DNA of 61,228 bases, counting the filler, from Platydemus manokwari (lineage: Eukaryota), in assembly GCA_037951405.1 (NCBI GenBank). It is 5 parts of 5 records of this genome, joined end to end, with 100 filler letters (N's around TTAATTAATTAA, not from the genome) between each part and the next. Parts side by side here need not be neighbours in the genome. Positions count along the whole stretch, not along the records: positions 26,273 to 36,836 come from JBBMOY011123775.1; positions 36,937 to 46,820 come from JBBMOY011192544.1; 3 more parts are not named here. One strand, given 5' to 3'. The translations under genes and the position numbers were made by a program. Shown here in pieces: positions 26,990-39,764 of this stretch. Within the stretch, counting starts at the first letter, position 1. Each line of letters starts with the position of its first letter. The notes under the pieces are model-generated. The model did no database searches. It saw only the letters and a program-made list of their open reading frames with translations, and was not told the DNA's origin.

Positions 26990-29250
26990 CTTCTCGATGC
27001 GGTGGCAAATGCACAGTACATGCAAATTTTTGCTAAATCAGATGAGTTTTTAAAGAGGTTCTTCAAATTTGAATTCCCTCATTTCCAAAAATATAACTAT
27101 GCTATGAATATCTATTTGCTGGCGATGCTTGAATTTCAATGGTGCACAGTGCTCGTGACCAAAATGGGGCTTTAACTTTCTCATATTTGTGTGTGCTTGT
27201 GTAAACCGCTTATCAGAAACCTGGAGATGGACGTGATTTTGAACTTGTCCAGTGCCGACGTTTGAGAGTATCTTGTTGCTTTTTTTGTTGGTAATATCGA
27301 ATGGGATATAAAGGTTTGACTTTTTGCCTTATATATTATGATTAGGTCCCGTAGAAATTTTGATATTGTTTAGAGTGGGCTTGCATCAATGTCGGTCTCT
27401 AGTCCGAGTGATTAAAGACAGTGCCCGAGATGATCCAAAATAGTTGAGTGACTTTTTGATGCTATACCCGCTGGACAATGAATAAAGATATGGGAGTTTG
27501 TTTCTTCTTCGGTATTGCATTTTCGGCAGAGTGTTGACTTGTTTGTCTTCAAAAAATATGGTGTAAAATTGAGTAGAAGTAGATTGTTTCTGGCTTGATG
27601 GGTTAAAATCTAGACTCGCGGTGACAAGTGAAAGTTTTTTAATGGCTTCTGTGATTTTTAAAAGGTTGAGAAGATAGTGGACCAGTCTGCTTTGTTTCTT
27701 CATTACGGACTACTGATAAAATGTCATCGATATCGAGTTGTGGAAAATATTCGAGAGTTTGCCGTGATTGTCCATGGAAAGAAATAGGTTTTGTCACTTT
27801 CGATGTTCACTTTGAGCAGAACCTCCATATTGTGGTGATGAAATTAGACGTCGATACTATTTTTTCTCAATTTCCTGGTTGCGAAACCCGTTTTGGTTCA
27901 CCAAGTAGTTTTGCTTTTTGATTTGGAGAGACCAAGTTACCGGATTCGATTCATTTGAGAAGTCTTAGTTGAGAATTGTTGTAACAATCCGATAAGAAGC
28001 ATCCACCATGATGTTATAACATGGGATTTTGATTGTTTTCGTAGTTTCAGTAAGAGGTTAGTGTTACACTTCGTCCATTGATTTGGGACAGTCTTGATTT
28101 TGAAAATTCGATTGAAAAGTGATTGAAGAAAAAAATGCTGAGAATCTATTAGTCAGTTTCTGATCTATTTGATAGTTTCTGAAAGGTATTCTAAATTTCG
28201 ATAGCATTATTTCTCTGAAATTAGAGTTATCTTCATGTCTCGGAAGAGTTTGATGGATGTGTTGGAGCCGAAATTGAGTAATGGATGATAGTATTATCCA
28301 ACGTTGGTAGTGGGGTCGGATTTGAAGAAGGTTTTAAGCTTTAGACAGTCCATTGGTTCAGTTAGGCTAGGAAGTTTGTAATCGGATGTTGATTGATCAG
28401 AGAAGTCTAGAACACAAGGTTTGACTATTTTTTTAGCAGCGAATCTGGTAGGTTTTGTGGTGGTAATCGCTGTGCAAGCAGATACAAGCATCAGTGTAAG
28501 GTCAGTAGCTCCAGTTTAATTAAGCTTGATAGCTTCCAGTATATTTGTATTTGTAGGTTGGCTGGTCGCCGGCTCATTTTGCGACGATAATTTTCGAAAT
28601 AAATAATATTTGAGACAGTTTAGTTGATGTCATTTCGTAACTGTGGCAGGACCAGAGTGTGGAAGACCGGTGAGTTATTGACATTTTCCAATACAAGCTG
28701 TATTACAAATAAGCCGTCGTCAGAGGAATTGAGTTTCTGGGGCAGATTAGCGAGTGTAGATTGCACAAAAGTGATAGTTACTTGGGCAGCTTTTAGATTT
28801 TGTATGCGTGCGTCCAGTTTGTTCCACAAGAATTTTGGTCAATTCTATAAATGTTTCTTGGCCGGGTCAATAAAAAAATGAACATTATTTCGTTTGGTCT
28901 GCAATATATAGGTTACCAATGGTTGTTGTTTCAATGTATAAGCCAAAAGGCGATTTTCCAAGTGGCTGGTTTTGGAAATGTAATGTCATCGTTGCTTAGA
29001 GGTAGGGGATTGATATCAGAGCTTTGGTTTGACTGAATGACTTCTATTTTGTGCTTGTCAAGCTGAAGTCTAAAGGAGTTGATTACACGGTAAATTCTGT
29101 TTGAAGATTGATGCCGTGTGTGTGGTTGAAACGTTAAGGTACAAATGTGGTATTAGGGAGTTGGGATTGGTAGATTTTTTGGCACATGTTACATTGTGCT
29201 TTCTTCTCGACGATTAAAGACATGTAGACCTATGTAGTGGAAGCTCCTTT
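26990..29250 (-). mobile_element. Heavily degraded non-LTR retrotransposon, RLE/NeSL-like, with Ulp1-like protease remnant and RT remnant
   Basis: GC-richer block. Minus-strand remnants PQKLNSSDDGLFVIQ (28707-28742; Ulp1 PQQxNxxDCGxF-like) upstream of MVDASYRIVTTILN / IESGNLVSPNQKA (~27910-28020; RT domain 1-2-like). Many stops and frameshifts; boundaries approximate. Confidence 0.55.
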
Positions 29251-29329
29251 ATATAGTTTTGATAAAAATTGAGTTTATGGTATCTGTTCGAGATGGAGGC
29301 TTTTTCGAATTGAGACTGGTATTATGTAC

Positions 29330-29660
29330 AGCAATAATTTTTTTGATAATTATTTTTATTTTTGACAATTTTAACATTTGTAAAAATTGAAAATATCTCT
29401 AAATTTACTTTTAATCGGTAATTTTCAATAAATTGAAATTTGACCTACTTTAACCCATACTTCAATGAATCAAATTTTGAGAGATTTTGAATCTCTAGCC
29501 TATTTAATATTTTATTTCAAACTAAAATTCTTCTTAAGTAATTAATTAAAAAATTCCAAATATTTATAAAGAAAATAATTAAATAAACTATATAGATATT
29601 GGCAATACCCTAAAAAATGTAAAAATATTATTTCAAGACTGCTTTTCTTGACTATAACCA
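29330..29660 (-). repeat. Unclassified AT-rich interspersed repeat, family R copy 1
   Basis: Reverse complement matches 41778-42290 and 57151-57635 (e.g. AAAGTAGGTC...ATTTATTGAAAATTA, ATCTATATAGTTTATTTAATTAT). Confidence 0.75.
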
Positions 29661-30032
29661 AATAATTCAAAATTATTATCATTGAAAAAATTACTTCACA
29701 ATTACAAAACTCAAAGCAACAATGCACTTTGGAAGCTTTCATTTGAAATTATACATAGAAAAAAGATTAGTTAAATATATTTTAATAAGAATTGTAACAT
29801 TACTCAAAACATAAATGAAGAAAAAAGTACATTAAAGATATTTCATTCACAATACATAAATAGTTATAATTTAGTATACTGTTTCAATGAGTCAGAATAA
29901 GATCGAATACATTAGCATGGATAATAAATAACAATAATGAAATTTTCAAAAATACCGGATAATTGGAATATTAATTAAAACTAAACAGAAATGATTTATT
30001 TGAAAATCCCATTTTATATGAAAACATCAGTA

Positions 30033-30989
30033 TTAATGAACAGCTTTCTCATCTTGATACTTGTAATGTAAGATTGACACATCTGTTTTACTAATGAATT
30101 CCCAACCTCCTTCCTTCATATGATACAAATTAACTACTCCTCCTGATGCTCCATCTCGATGCGTTGCATGATAAATTGCTCTCTGTCCCAAATCATATGC
30201 TTCTTCATCAGTCAAATCAAATTTGTAATGATTATCTAACACACCGTAAGCATATGTACTACCAGAACCACATGAAAACATATTTCCTTCTAATCTTGTA
30301 CCTTCATCGTCTACGTAATATAGACCAGGTCCCATCTTGTCATAACCAACAATCATCGTGCCCATACTCAATCCCATTCCTTTATATTGAGAAATCATGT
30401 TTACCAATAATTTTGATGCAGCAGCAACACTCATCCTCTCTTTATGCCTTAATTCGTACAATCTAAATGTCAAATCTTATTAATATTTTTATTCATTTAC
30501 AACTTGTATCAACCTGCAATGTTTAGCTAAAACTCGGAGCCAAAACATGCAATCAGCTGCTCCTCCAGCCATGGTACCAAGTAAATATGGTGTAATTTCA
30601 ATCACCTTTTTAACGGTTTGTGATGCTAATATACAATATAGCTAGCCATACTAGTATTAAAATTACCTATATACGATCCCATAGAAGCTCTTGAATCCAC
30701 TGCGACAATCACACCGTTCTTATATTTAAAAGCCAAAGTAGTAGTACCATGGGCAAATTCTATTTTTGTATTTCCACATTGCATTCCGTGTTTAATTTGT
30801 TTCAAGTTATTCTATAAAAATTTAGAATTAAAAATAATAATATTCATACATTTAAAATTCTACATTTTCGTTTTGATATGGAATAAACAAATCCTGATCA
30901 TTAGAAATACCTAAGATATTGTCTGTTGAAAATTGATCATGTTCTTTCAAATTTAATTTATCAAGTCCACATAATTGCAAGAGTGCCAT
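30033..30989 (-). CDS. PSMB5: Proteasome subunit beta type-5, complete, 4 exons, 270 aa
   Basis: Exons 30989-30864, 30811-30667, 30625-30514, 30462-30033; GT-AG introns of 52, 41 and 51 nt; spliced 813 nt is open. Propeptide then HG|[56 protein letters not shown]. Confidence 0.97.
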
Positions 30990-31782
30990 TGAATAATATT
31001 ACAAATGAAATTTTAAAATAAATTTCCAAGAATAATTATTTAAACAATTCAGGATAATGAATTACTTTTGTTTATTAATTTGATTATGATAAACTTCCAG
31101 TAATAGTCATTAATGTAATATTTATATCGGGTCATTGATCATTTAAGCAATAAAAATTTAATAAAAAATTAAATTTACAATAATTTTATTTAAAAAACTT
31201 AAACACTTACAATTATAATGTTTACTGAATTAAAAATAAATAAAATTCGAAATTTAATTTAGAGAAAAATTTTTCGAAAATACGTTCTGCATTTCATATG
31301 TACATTTCTAATTGATTCGTTAACATGGTTTTTTTAAAATAACAATTCTGAAAAGTTGAATTTTACAATCTCTTTTTATGTATATTTGTTCTCACTCGCA
31401 GTTGTTAAAGTATTAGATATATCCAGCTTAATAAGACTCTTAGCGGAAATGGTGCTTTGCTTTGTAATTATAAAAATATTCTTAATATATCAAGGAGTAT
31501 AAATTAAAATAATTAATACTCAAAATATATTCCTGATTAAGTGATAATAACTAATTTATTAGAAATAGATATTGTTAGATACAGAAATACCTTAAATTAA
31601 TATTATGAAATAATTAATTTTTGTCCTAATCCAAGCCTCTCAAAAATATAAATCATAAGTGTGTAATATTATTGATTACCATTTTTTATTCACTATTGTG
31701 CTTATTTCTTTTACTTTACAAAATTTTTTTGAGATCATTCTAGTATCTAACTTAATATTTCGCATACTCATATAAAAACATC

Positions 31783-32576
31783 TGTTAGGTTTCGAACCTA
31801 CAGTGAGTCACACAACGCCAAATAACATATTACGCCTACAAATATAATTACATAAATAAAAATCCTAAAAATAAACTTGCAATTAAAAATAGAAAAATAT
31901 AATTACAAAAATTGAATAAAAAATACAAGAATCTAAAAATAGAATTTAATAATTGCAAAAATATAACAGAAAACAAAAATAGGATTTTAAAATTCCCGAA
32001 ATAGAAAAATCGCGATTGGTTAAAATCATAACAAAAGTAGTATACAAGAAGCTAGAGATTTAAAGAAAATCACCATAAAATTAGCGAAGACAGTGAAAGC
32101 CATAAAGTTAATTGCAAACAACCAATTATCGGATTAGAAGCACAGTCACATAGCAGGCAGACTACGATTCGATATCAGCTGGAGAAAATTAGTCACAAGA
32201 AGAAGCATTAGTCAGCTACGAGCCAAGCATAGCGTAACAGAAATCTCTATCACAAGCCTATTGATTTAGCTAGCGAGGTATAGACCGAATTATTGATTGT
32301 TTCATACCGTGCCAATAGATTCGGTATTAAGTGATCCACTTTTCGTTTGCTCCCATCTTTTTAATAGCTTTTATTCATTTTATGGTTCACCTGTATAGTG
32401 AATCTTACCCTCTGGTTAAATGAGTCACACTTCGCCAGTTCTGTTTTTACACAATCATATTAAATCAACCTTGTTAATTTTTTATTGTAGCTATTTGCTT
32501 GATGATTATATTTTTCAGTTAACTCGTGGTATTGTTCTTTATTATATTATTATCTATAATTAAATCGCAACCTACA
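31783..32576 (+). mobile_element. Possible solo LTR-like element
   Basis: TGTTAGG...CCTACA termini and an A-rich to T-rich layout like the neighbouring LTRs; no TSD found. Confidence 0.35.
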
Positions 32577-32693
32577 TACTTCACACGAAACACAACATAT
32601 TTTCTGTAATCCGGTCTGTACAACAGCGAGCAATGCAATAACCAATCTCATCACATATCCACAACCAGTATAATTCATAAAGAATAATTCTTG

Positions 32694-33980
32694 TGTTACG
32701 TTTGCGCCTTACTGAATTTATTGTTTAACTAAGCTTAATCCTATTTGATACTAATACTGTCTTAATCAGCCTCTATGAGCTTTTGATTAAAGCCATATGT
32801 GTAATCTACCTTACGTTGATGTTCCTTCACCTCGCACAGCATCATTTTGTGAAGACAGTCATTGTGGCAGTAGTGATATATTTTAATTAACCTAACTATC
32901 AGTCTCAAATTGTTTAAAACTATAATTCTATTTAAAACTATTAACTATGTTTATAATAATGATTTACGAATAATGATTTATGATCCCTATACAAATAAGA
33001 ACTAAAACTTGTTATTGCAAATATTTATTCACAATGACACCAATACAAAAGCTGGTTAACAATAATAACATAAAATTAAAAATGGGTTTAGAACTACAAT
33101 ATACATCAAGTTACACTTATAAAAGACCTTGCAACTTCCAGAATTAAAGACGGTTTAAAAACTCCTTCTCTTGAAGCAGAACCGCTTACCTTCAAGAATT
33201 TTCAGCAACAAACTTTATAATAGGAACAAAGCGATACGATATATAAAATAAATCAGTATTCTTCAAGAAGAGATCTTACTCAGGAGACATTCGGTAAATA
33301 CTGGGCATATATGAAATATTAGTCTTCTGCTCCAAACGATCTTCTACTGAGCGTTATTTGAATTCCAAAATGATGGGTCCTCTCCAATCGACCTGACGTA
33401 TAACGGCTTCTATGCAAATGTGAAGCGGTGAATAGTTGAAATATTGGCTATTGAAACTTCTGTCGGGTTGATTGTGATTACTGCCTTATATAGGGAGCAG
33501 TGAATCACTCCCAGATATTCTCTGCGCTTAAATCTAATGCCAGCAAATTTATTCACTTGTGAGAGAAATTCTCTCTGAATATATTTATTAGATAGAGAAA
33601 ATATCTCTCGATTAAATTTAATCGAGTGATTATTTTATTCTGTGATAGAATTTTCATACGCGAAAATAGATGATAATTTATTTGTCACTGTTAATGCGCG
33701 ATATCTTATTGTGCGTTCATATTTTATGAATTAAATTCGACGGGCTTGCTATTGGTATTATTATTTTACCTATATATAAACAATAATTATTATAAATATC
33801 AATGTTTCAAACTTGTCTTTGCTTAAAAATTCCAATGGTTGTCAAAATATAAAAAAATACATGGTGACTAGATGAAAATTAATAAAATAAAAATTAATAC
33901 ACATTTCATACTTAGTGTCATGCAAATGTATACACATGTTTTTTCCAATGTAAATTAATTGTTGGGCCAGAACCCCAACA
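32694..33980 (-). mobile_element. Solo LTR (1287 bp), family B copy 1
   Basis: Minus strand starts TGTTGGGGTT and ends GTAACA; TSD cttg / catg (3/4); TATA box CCTATATAAGGC; collinear motifs shared with 34325-35788. Confidence 0.65.
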
Positions 33981-34324
33981 CATGCGTTGCAAAGTAATAT
34001 AGCTAAGGAGAAGTTTCAAAGTTTTTAAAATTTAGACCTTCATAATCTTGTTAAAGGCACTTAAGAGTCACCTGAGTATCCAACAAATGAGTTAGTCATT
34101 GATGAGCTGGAAGAAGAAGTCAGCACAACGGCTGAATAAAGATTTTATCTAATTATAACTTCAACCACCAGTAAAATTTAAAATTAATAAAATTTGGTTA
34201 AGCAGTCAGTACTTAAAAACGTATATAATCACTAGTTTTTCAGTTAAGCCAATACGTTTCTTTATTTAAATGTATAAAATGTATTTATTATCTAATTTTT
34301 AGTAAGTATCTGTAATTATGTACA

Positions 34325-35788
34325 TGTTGGGGTTTTGAAAAATTGACTCCGTTATTTGCATGAATTAGTGTATTAAAAACCACCCCCGCATCAATGTATA
34401 AAAGTATATATCGCGAAAATAATATTTTAAATTTTTTTTGGATTATAATTCTGGAAAAGCTCTGCGGTTGATATAAATTAAATATAATATATTTTAGACC
34501 CAAAATAATATTACATTACCCGTTTAAAATATCCCACAAAATATTGCAATTAAAAACCCTTTAAAGATATTCGTTATAATAAAAATACATATAAAATAAT
34601 AATAATAAATAACCCGTAATGTGTTATCGCGCAGTAAATATCTAATACCCATTGTCGCGCATTGTAAATAGAATATACACCTAAAATAAATTAAATAGTT
34701 AGGCATTAAATAAATATTATGCGTTGAATAAATGGCTATACATTAAATTGAATAGCCACGGAATAAAATAATCACAGAGAATATCTCTCTGACTTGGTAG
34801 AATTAATGGCAGAAAATTTTTCACTGCCTTGAAAAGTAACAGTGCATTAAACACATATGCACGATAATAAATAAAAATTCGCAGAAAATATCTGTGAATG
34901 AGTCATCGCTACCTATAAAAGGCTGTGACTGCAATTAATAAGCGACACGATAGCACAATAACAACAGTAGGACAGCAACACATTGGCAGAATCGACGAAT
35001 AGTTATTTATTTAAAAGCGCGATAATACATCCACCAGTATTACGATCCGAGAAAGAAGATTCAATTGCGCACACGGGATATGCCCAGATTTATCTGGAAG
35101 ATCAATTTTAATAATTAATATTTAATTTGTTTGAGAAGAAGTCCAAGGATCGAGTAAGATGATTCCTGTAAAATCATCGACAATTTACAGCATCAACCGC
35201 ATATTCTTCCTATTTATAGGGTTAAACCCAAAGTCCTTGTATGAACGGTTCTACTCCTCTTGGGAGTATTGTTAACCGAAGCTTTTTGCCAGAATTGTGC
35301 TAAAATCTTGACGTTTATGTGCATAGAAGTATTTGTAAAATCTAATTTTTATTAATTGTATACAAGTAGTAATTAATAAGCTTATTGTATCGTCATATAA
35401 ATGTAGTAATTTATATTAATAAACTTTTTATCAAGGAAATTGGTTTTGATATTAAATCGCCAAGTGCCATTAGGTTCCATAAAATCATTTTCCTTAATAT
35501 TATCCTTATCAAAAATCATCTCATCAGCTTTTTGTCAATAAATAGTTAAAGTAGTTAACGGTCAGTAATAGTATAAATAATAATAGCAATATCTAGACCC
35601 ACCCATCCCGTCTTCACATGCGGATTGGTGTGATTGAAGCGAAGGAACATCAAAAATATTAGGTTTAGTGATTGCCTGTGGGTCATACGGACTCAGAGAG
35701 CTGATTAGACTCAGATATTGCCAATACAAGTAAAATTCAAACTTTAAAAATTAAAATAAAATAAAACGATTGACCCCCAGAATTATCA
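34325..35788 (+). mobile_element. Solo LTR (1464 bp), family B copy 2
   Basis: Starts TGTTGGGGTT, ends TTATCA; perfect 4-bp TSD taca / taca; TATA box CCTATAAAAGGC (~34912); AATAAA signals. Confidence 0.7.
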
Positions 35789-36163
35789 TACATAAAGTTA
35801 ACAAAATACACTTGTTTAATTTTGCAAATCTTTTATGTTAACTAAAACTAATTTCTTCTTGAAACGGGAACAACACTCCCAAAATTGGAACAATTTAGAG
35901 ATATACTATCACCAAGATTGAGAAAGATTGAGGTATTTATGATAAGTATAAGTGTCAAAGTGAAGAAAAATAATGAGTTTCTAAATGTTTTAAGTATAAA
36001 ATTATCCCAATAGCGCTAACTTCGCTTTCTTATTAAACACCAGTTTCTAAAATATTTATTTAACTTGTGGAGATTTCGTATCTCGAGGGTTGAGCGGTTT
36101 TAGCAATCTGACTCCAAAGGATTGGTGATACTAGCACTTCTACTAGCACTGATATAGCACTTA

Positions 36164-36822
36164 TGACAATTACAGAATAGAACAAAAACACAATGTTTAT
36201 AATAATGTTTATTGAGTTATACTACAGATATACAAGCTGAATAATTTGTTTAGAATACACGATCAGCATACGAACTGAAAATAATAAATTACAAGAGTTT
36301 CTATAATAGCAGGTTCGATACCTATCCCTAAAGGTGATGGGTATTGTCGGTGCCGCCTAATAGCCCGGACAGAGACTCAGACTCGATAAGAGTTTAGACT
36401 GACAAGCCCGTGAAGGAATTACAGATATAACTATGGAATGGATAATTAACAAGAATGAATTACTCATAGTAAAGATTAGTTATAGCCGCTTAAGATTACT
36501 CGGTGATTGATTAACTTCAGCGCTGTAAGGCAGTTCTACTGAGTTTGGTATTGGTATTTATACTGTTTTTAGACAAGGCACAAAACGCAGCTTTGTTTAC
36601 ATGTTTGTTTAAATTTTCCCCTTAATGTCTTATATTTTTACAAAATGGACTTTGTTTGTTTATATTTTACAAAATTGGCTTTGTCTTTGCTTTGTTTTGT
36701 TTATTCTTACTTAAACAACTGGTTTGTTTTCGCGTTGATTGTTTTTTATTTAAACAACTGTTTTTATTTGTCTTTGTTTACTTAATCCGAGTATATCGAT
36801 TTGCAGAAAGATTATTATAACA
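36164..36822 (-). mobile_element. LTR-like element, possibly followed by a decayed PBS
   Basis: Minus strand starts TGTTATAA, has TATAAATA and AATAAA, and ends near TGTCATAAGTG (weakly like a tRNA-Leu PBS TGTCAGAAGTG). No TSD. Confidence 0.35.
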
Positions 36823-36836
36823 ATAAGGAATTTTAT

Positions 36837-36936
36837 NNNNNNNNNNNNNNNNNNNNNNNNNNNNNNNNNNNNNNNNNNNNTTAATTAATTAANNNNNNNN
36901 NNNNNNNNNNNNNNNNNNNNNNNNNNNNNNNNNNNN
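36837..36936. other. Artificial contig-joining linker
   Basis: 44 N + TTAATTAATTAA + 44 N; followed by (TTA)n at 36937-36967. Confidence 0.97.
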
Positions 36937-36969
<33 letters not shown>

Positions 36970-38192
36970 TTATCATAAAGGATTGCAATAAATCTTATAT
37001 TTCATGGAAATCTGATTTGTAAATATATTAATTATGATGGTATAAATAATAAATATAATTGATAAAAATATTAAAAAATAATATAAAATTATAAAAAATC
37101 AAATTAAAAAATAAGTAGAGTTAATAATTGCTGCAGAAATGATATATGAAAACATTCTAATATCGAATTCAAAATTATTGATGTGGAACAAACCAGTCTC
37201 CTTTTAAGATCTTCAACACTTATAATTCGTCATCTGATTCTACCAATTTTAAATTTAATCCTTATGTAGGTCTTTATTAAAAAGTTGTCAACGTTTTGTT
37301 AAAATCATTTATGCGAGATACAGATTTATTAACAATAACTGATAATCCCTTCTATATCATCGATATTATCCATTCAAGAAGAAATTAAAAGTTTGACAAA
37401 TAACGTGTTTTAATCGCAGTATTAAGCCAATTGGGGTTTCGATTTGGTTTTGATCACTGATATTCCTATTTGTTTTAATTATTAAATAAAATATTTATCG
37501 GAAATTAAATAACCTTAATTAAAAAACATCAATAAAATCTATAATTCTCCCACAAACAAAAAATTTATTGAATTAAAAATGGAAAGATTTTTATTTACTC
37601 TCAATATGTAATAAAAAATATCAGAAAGATAAATCGATAATAATCATAAGTCTCAATCTGTTTACTGTTGTTGTCTCAAGTTCTGCTTCAATGACATTTC
37701 CACATCAGTGTTAACCAATCCCTATCGATATTGCATCTGTAATTGAACCTGTCAAGAATAAACCACATTCATATAAATATATCTTCAACGAACTAATCAT
37801 GAAATTGACAAATTCGCTATTGTCGGTCACTTATTCAGTAGGAATTCTTGGAAAAATCGTTAATTTTTAATATATTAGTTTTGCTTGAAATCTTCTCTTC
37901 GGTCGTCATTGAAGTCATTTTAAAATATCAGATAATCCATTATAAAATAAAATACATTTCTTTATCCCTCATTAACAAAAGTAGTTATGTCAAATTCATC
38001 TTATGGGAATCCTGTTGGATAGGCCTAATCGATAATTCTGAAAATCCCTAGTTTAAACGTTCAGTAATAGGTTTGAGGAGAAGTTATTTAGAATGTCATT
38101 GTTCTGGAATAGGCATGTTGTGTAGCATTATAGAGAATAGTATTATTCATAATCGAATATTATTAGCGAAAATAATAATTTAAAAATCCGAT

Positions 38193-38588
38193 CATTCATG
38201 TCAAACCTTTTTTACTATGCTGGCTTATTTTCCTTTTTTAAGATCTTGGCGACCCCAAAGAAAATCAATATTACAAAAAATAAATCATAACTCACCATAT
38301 TTAATAAAACCAATTTGCAAAATTTCATTGATTTACAACAAGTAATGAATTACTTATAATGATAAGATTATCAGATGATAACATGGCCTATAAAATACTT
38401 AACTGTAGTAGTCAAGGTGATTGTGAATAGAAGTGGTTTAATCAGCATCACAAACTACTTATTTAACAGCCTCACAAAACACGATTTTTCACATATAATG
38501 GTTTGTACGCCTACCATGATTCGGTGATCCATTTAAAAATGCTTTCTAACCCAATTTGGGGTGGCGACTCCGAGGTTGAGAACTTCTG
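38193..38588 (-). mobile_element. hAT non-autonomous element, inverted copy 2 of the 5680-6061 family
   Basis: Collinear reverse-complement match; ends GGTTGAGAACTTCTG; left end decayed. Confidence 0.82.
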
Positions 38589-39536
38589 TGTTAGAGACAC
38601 AATTTACGTATTTTGAAACTCTTTATTCACTCTATTTTTTATTCAAAATCAACATTACAAATCAATCCAATAATTCAATATTGCTTTTATATTTCTCATT
38701 CCGTCTCAGTGCACTTTTCTTTCTTCGCCAATGTTACTTGATAATCGCCAAAATGTCTTTGATTTACTTAATCCTATTTGGTGCTTATGAAAGCATATTG
38801 TTTGCGATTTTAATTTTAGCCTGCTTTCATTTCATTGCTTTTCATAAATCTCTTTGGTTAATTAATTTGCTTCTGTTCGATTATTTTCGAATCATTAATT
38901 ATCACATATATATATATAACCCATTGAAATAATGCTTTTATAAATGGAATACACACACACGCACAGATCATCACTAAATTTTAATTGGTCATTGGTTTAC
39001 TCAGATTCACCGAGAAAAGCTTCTATCATGTATTCATTATATTATAGCTATACTATCAAATTATCCAAATATGATTTCAGAAATATTGTTTTTATTCGAT
39101 GTTTCAATTGAATTTTGTGTTTATCTAAATCAATGAAAATAAACCAAAGATATTGGACAAATTTTGAATCCAATACTGAAATCTTTCGATAACCTAAAGT
39201 ATTTTCCAACATTGAGATGGAAAACGCAACTACAATTCTTTCAGTACCGCTTGAAGTGTTCCTTTATGTTAACCAAATGGATAGGTTGTCGACTGCTTTT
39301 TGATGTTTTGTTTTGGTCATGTGTTTTTATACTCAAATATAGTCAAAAAATGATGCCAATTTTCATGAATATCGCTTTTTATTTTTATTTTAATCCCATT
39401 GATTTTACGTAACCGATTATCATTGTGAACATGCACGATTTTTTATTAAATCTCTTTTTATTTAGTTCCTTTATTGGAATAAAAAGTATTTAAAAAATAC
39501 ATGATAAAAATACATTTAGATTTCAATCCTGTACAT

Positions 39537-39764
39537 CAGGCGTCTCCAAACTTTTTCAGCAAAGGGCCACATTGCTGATGTTTTAAAATTTGGTGGGCCA
39601 AAACTATGATAGGTTTACGAAAATTGTGGTTCAAAATGAGTAGTTGAAATCATTAATAAGTCATTTAAATGTTCATCAGACAACCGTGACCTGTAGCAAG
39701 ATTTTTGTCATAATGTTCATGTGTTTCATAGTAAGCTCGGCGGGCCGTACTTTGGAGACCCCTG
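39537..39764 (-). mobile_element. hAT MITE (228 bp), copy 2 of the 12218-12445 family
   Basis: TIRs CAGGCGTCTCCAAA / TTTGGAGACCCCTG; perfect 8-bp TSD ctgtacat. Confidence 0.93.

Noticed and set aside
30146-30466. 106-aa plus-strand ORF
   Set aside because: Antisense shadow of PSMB5 exon 4.
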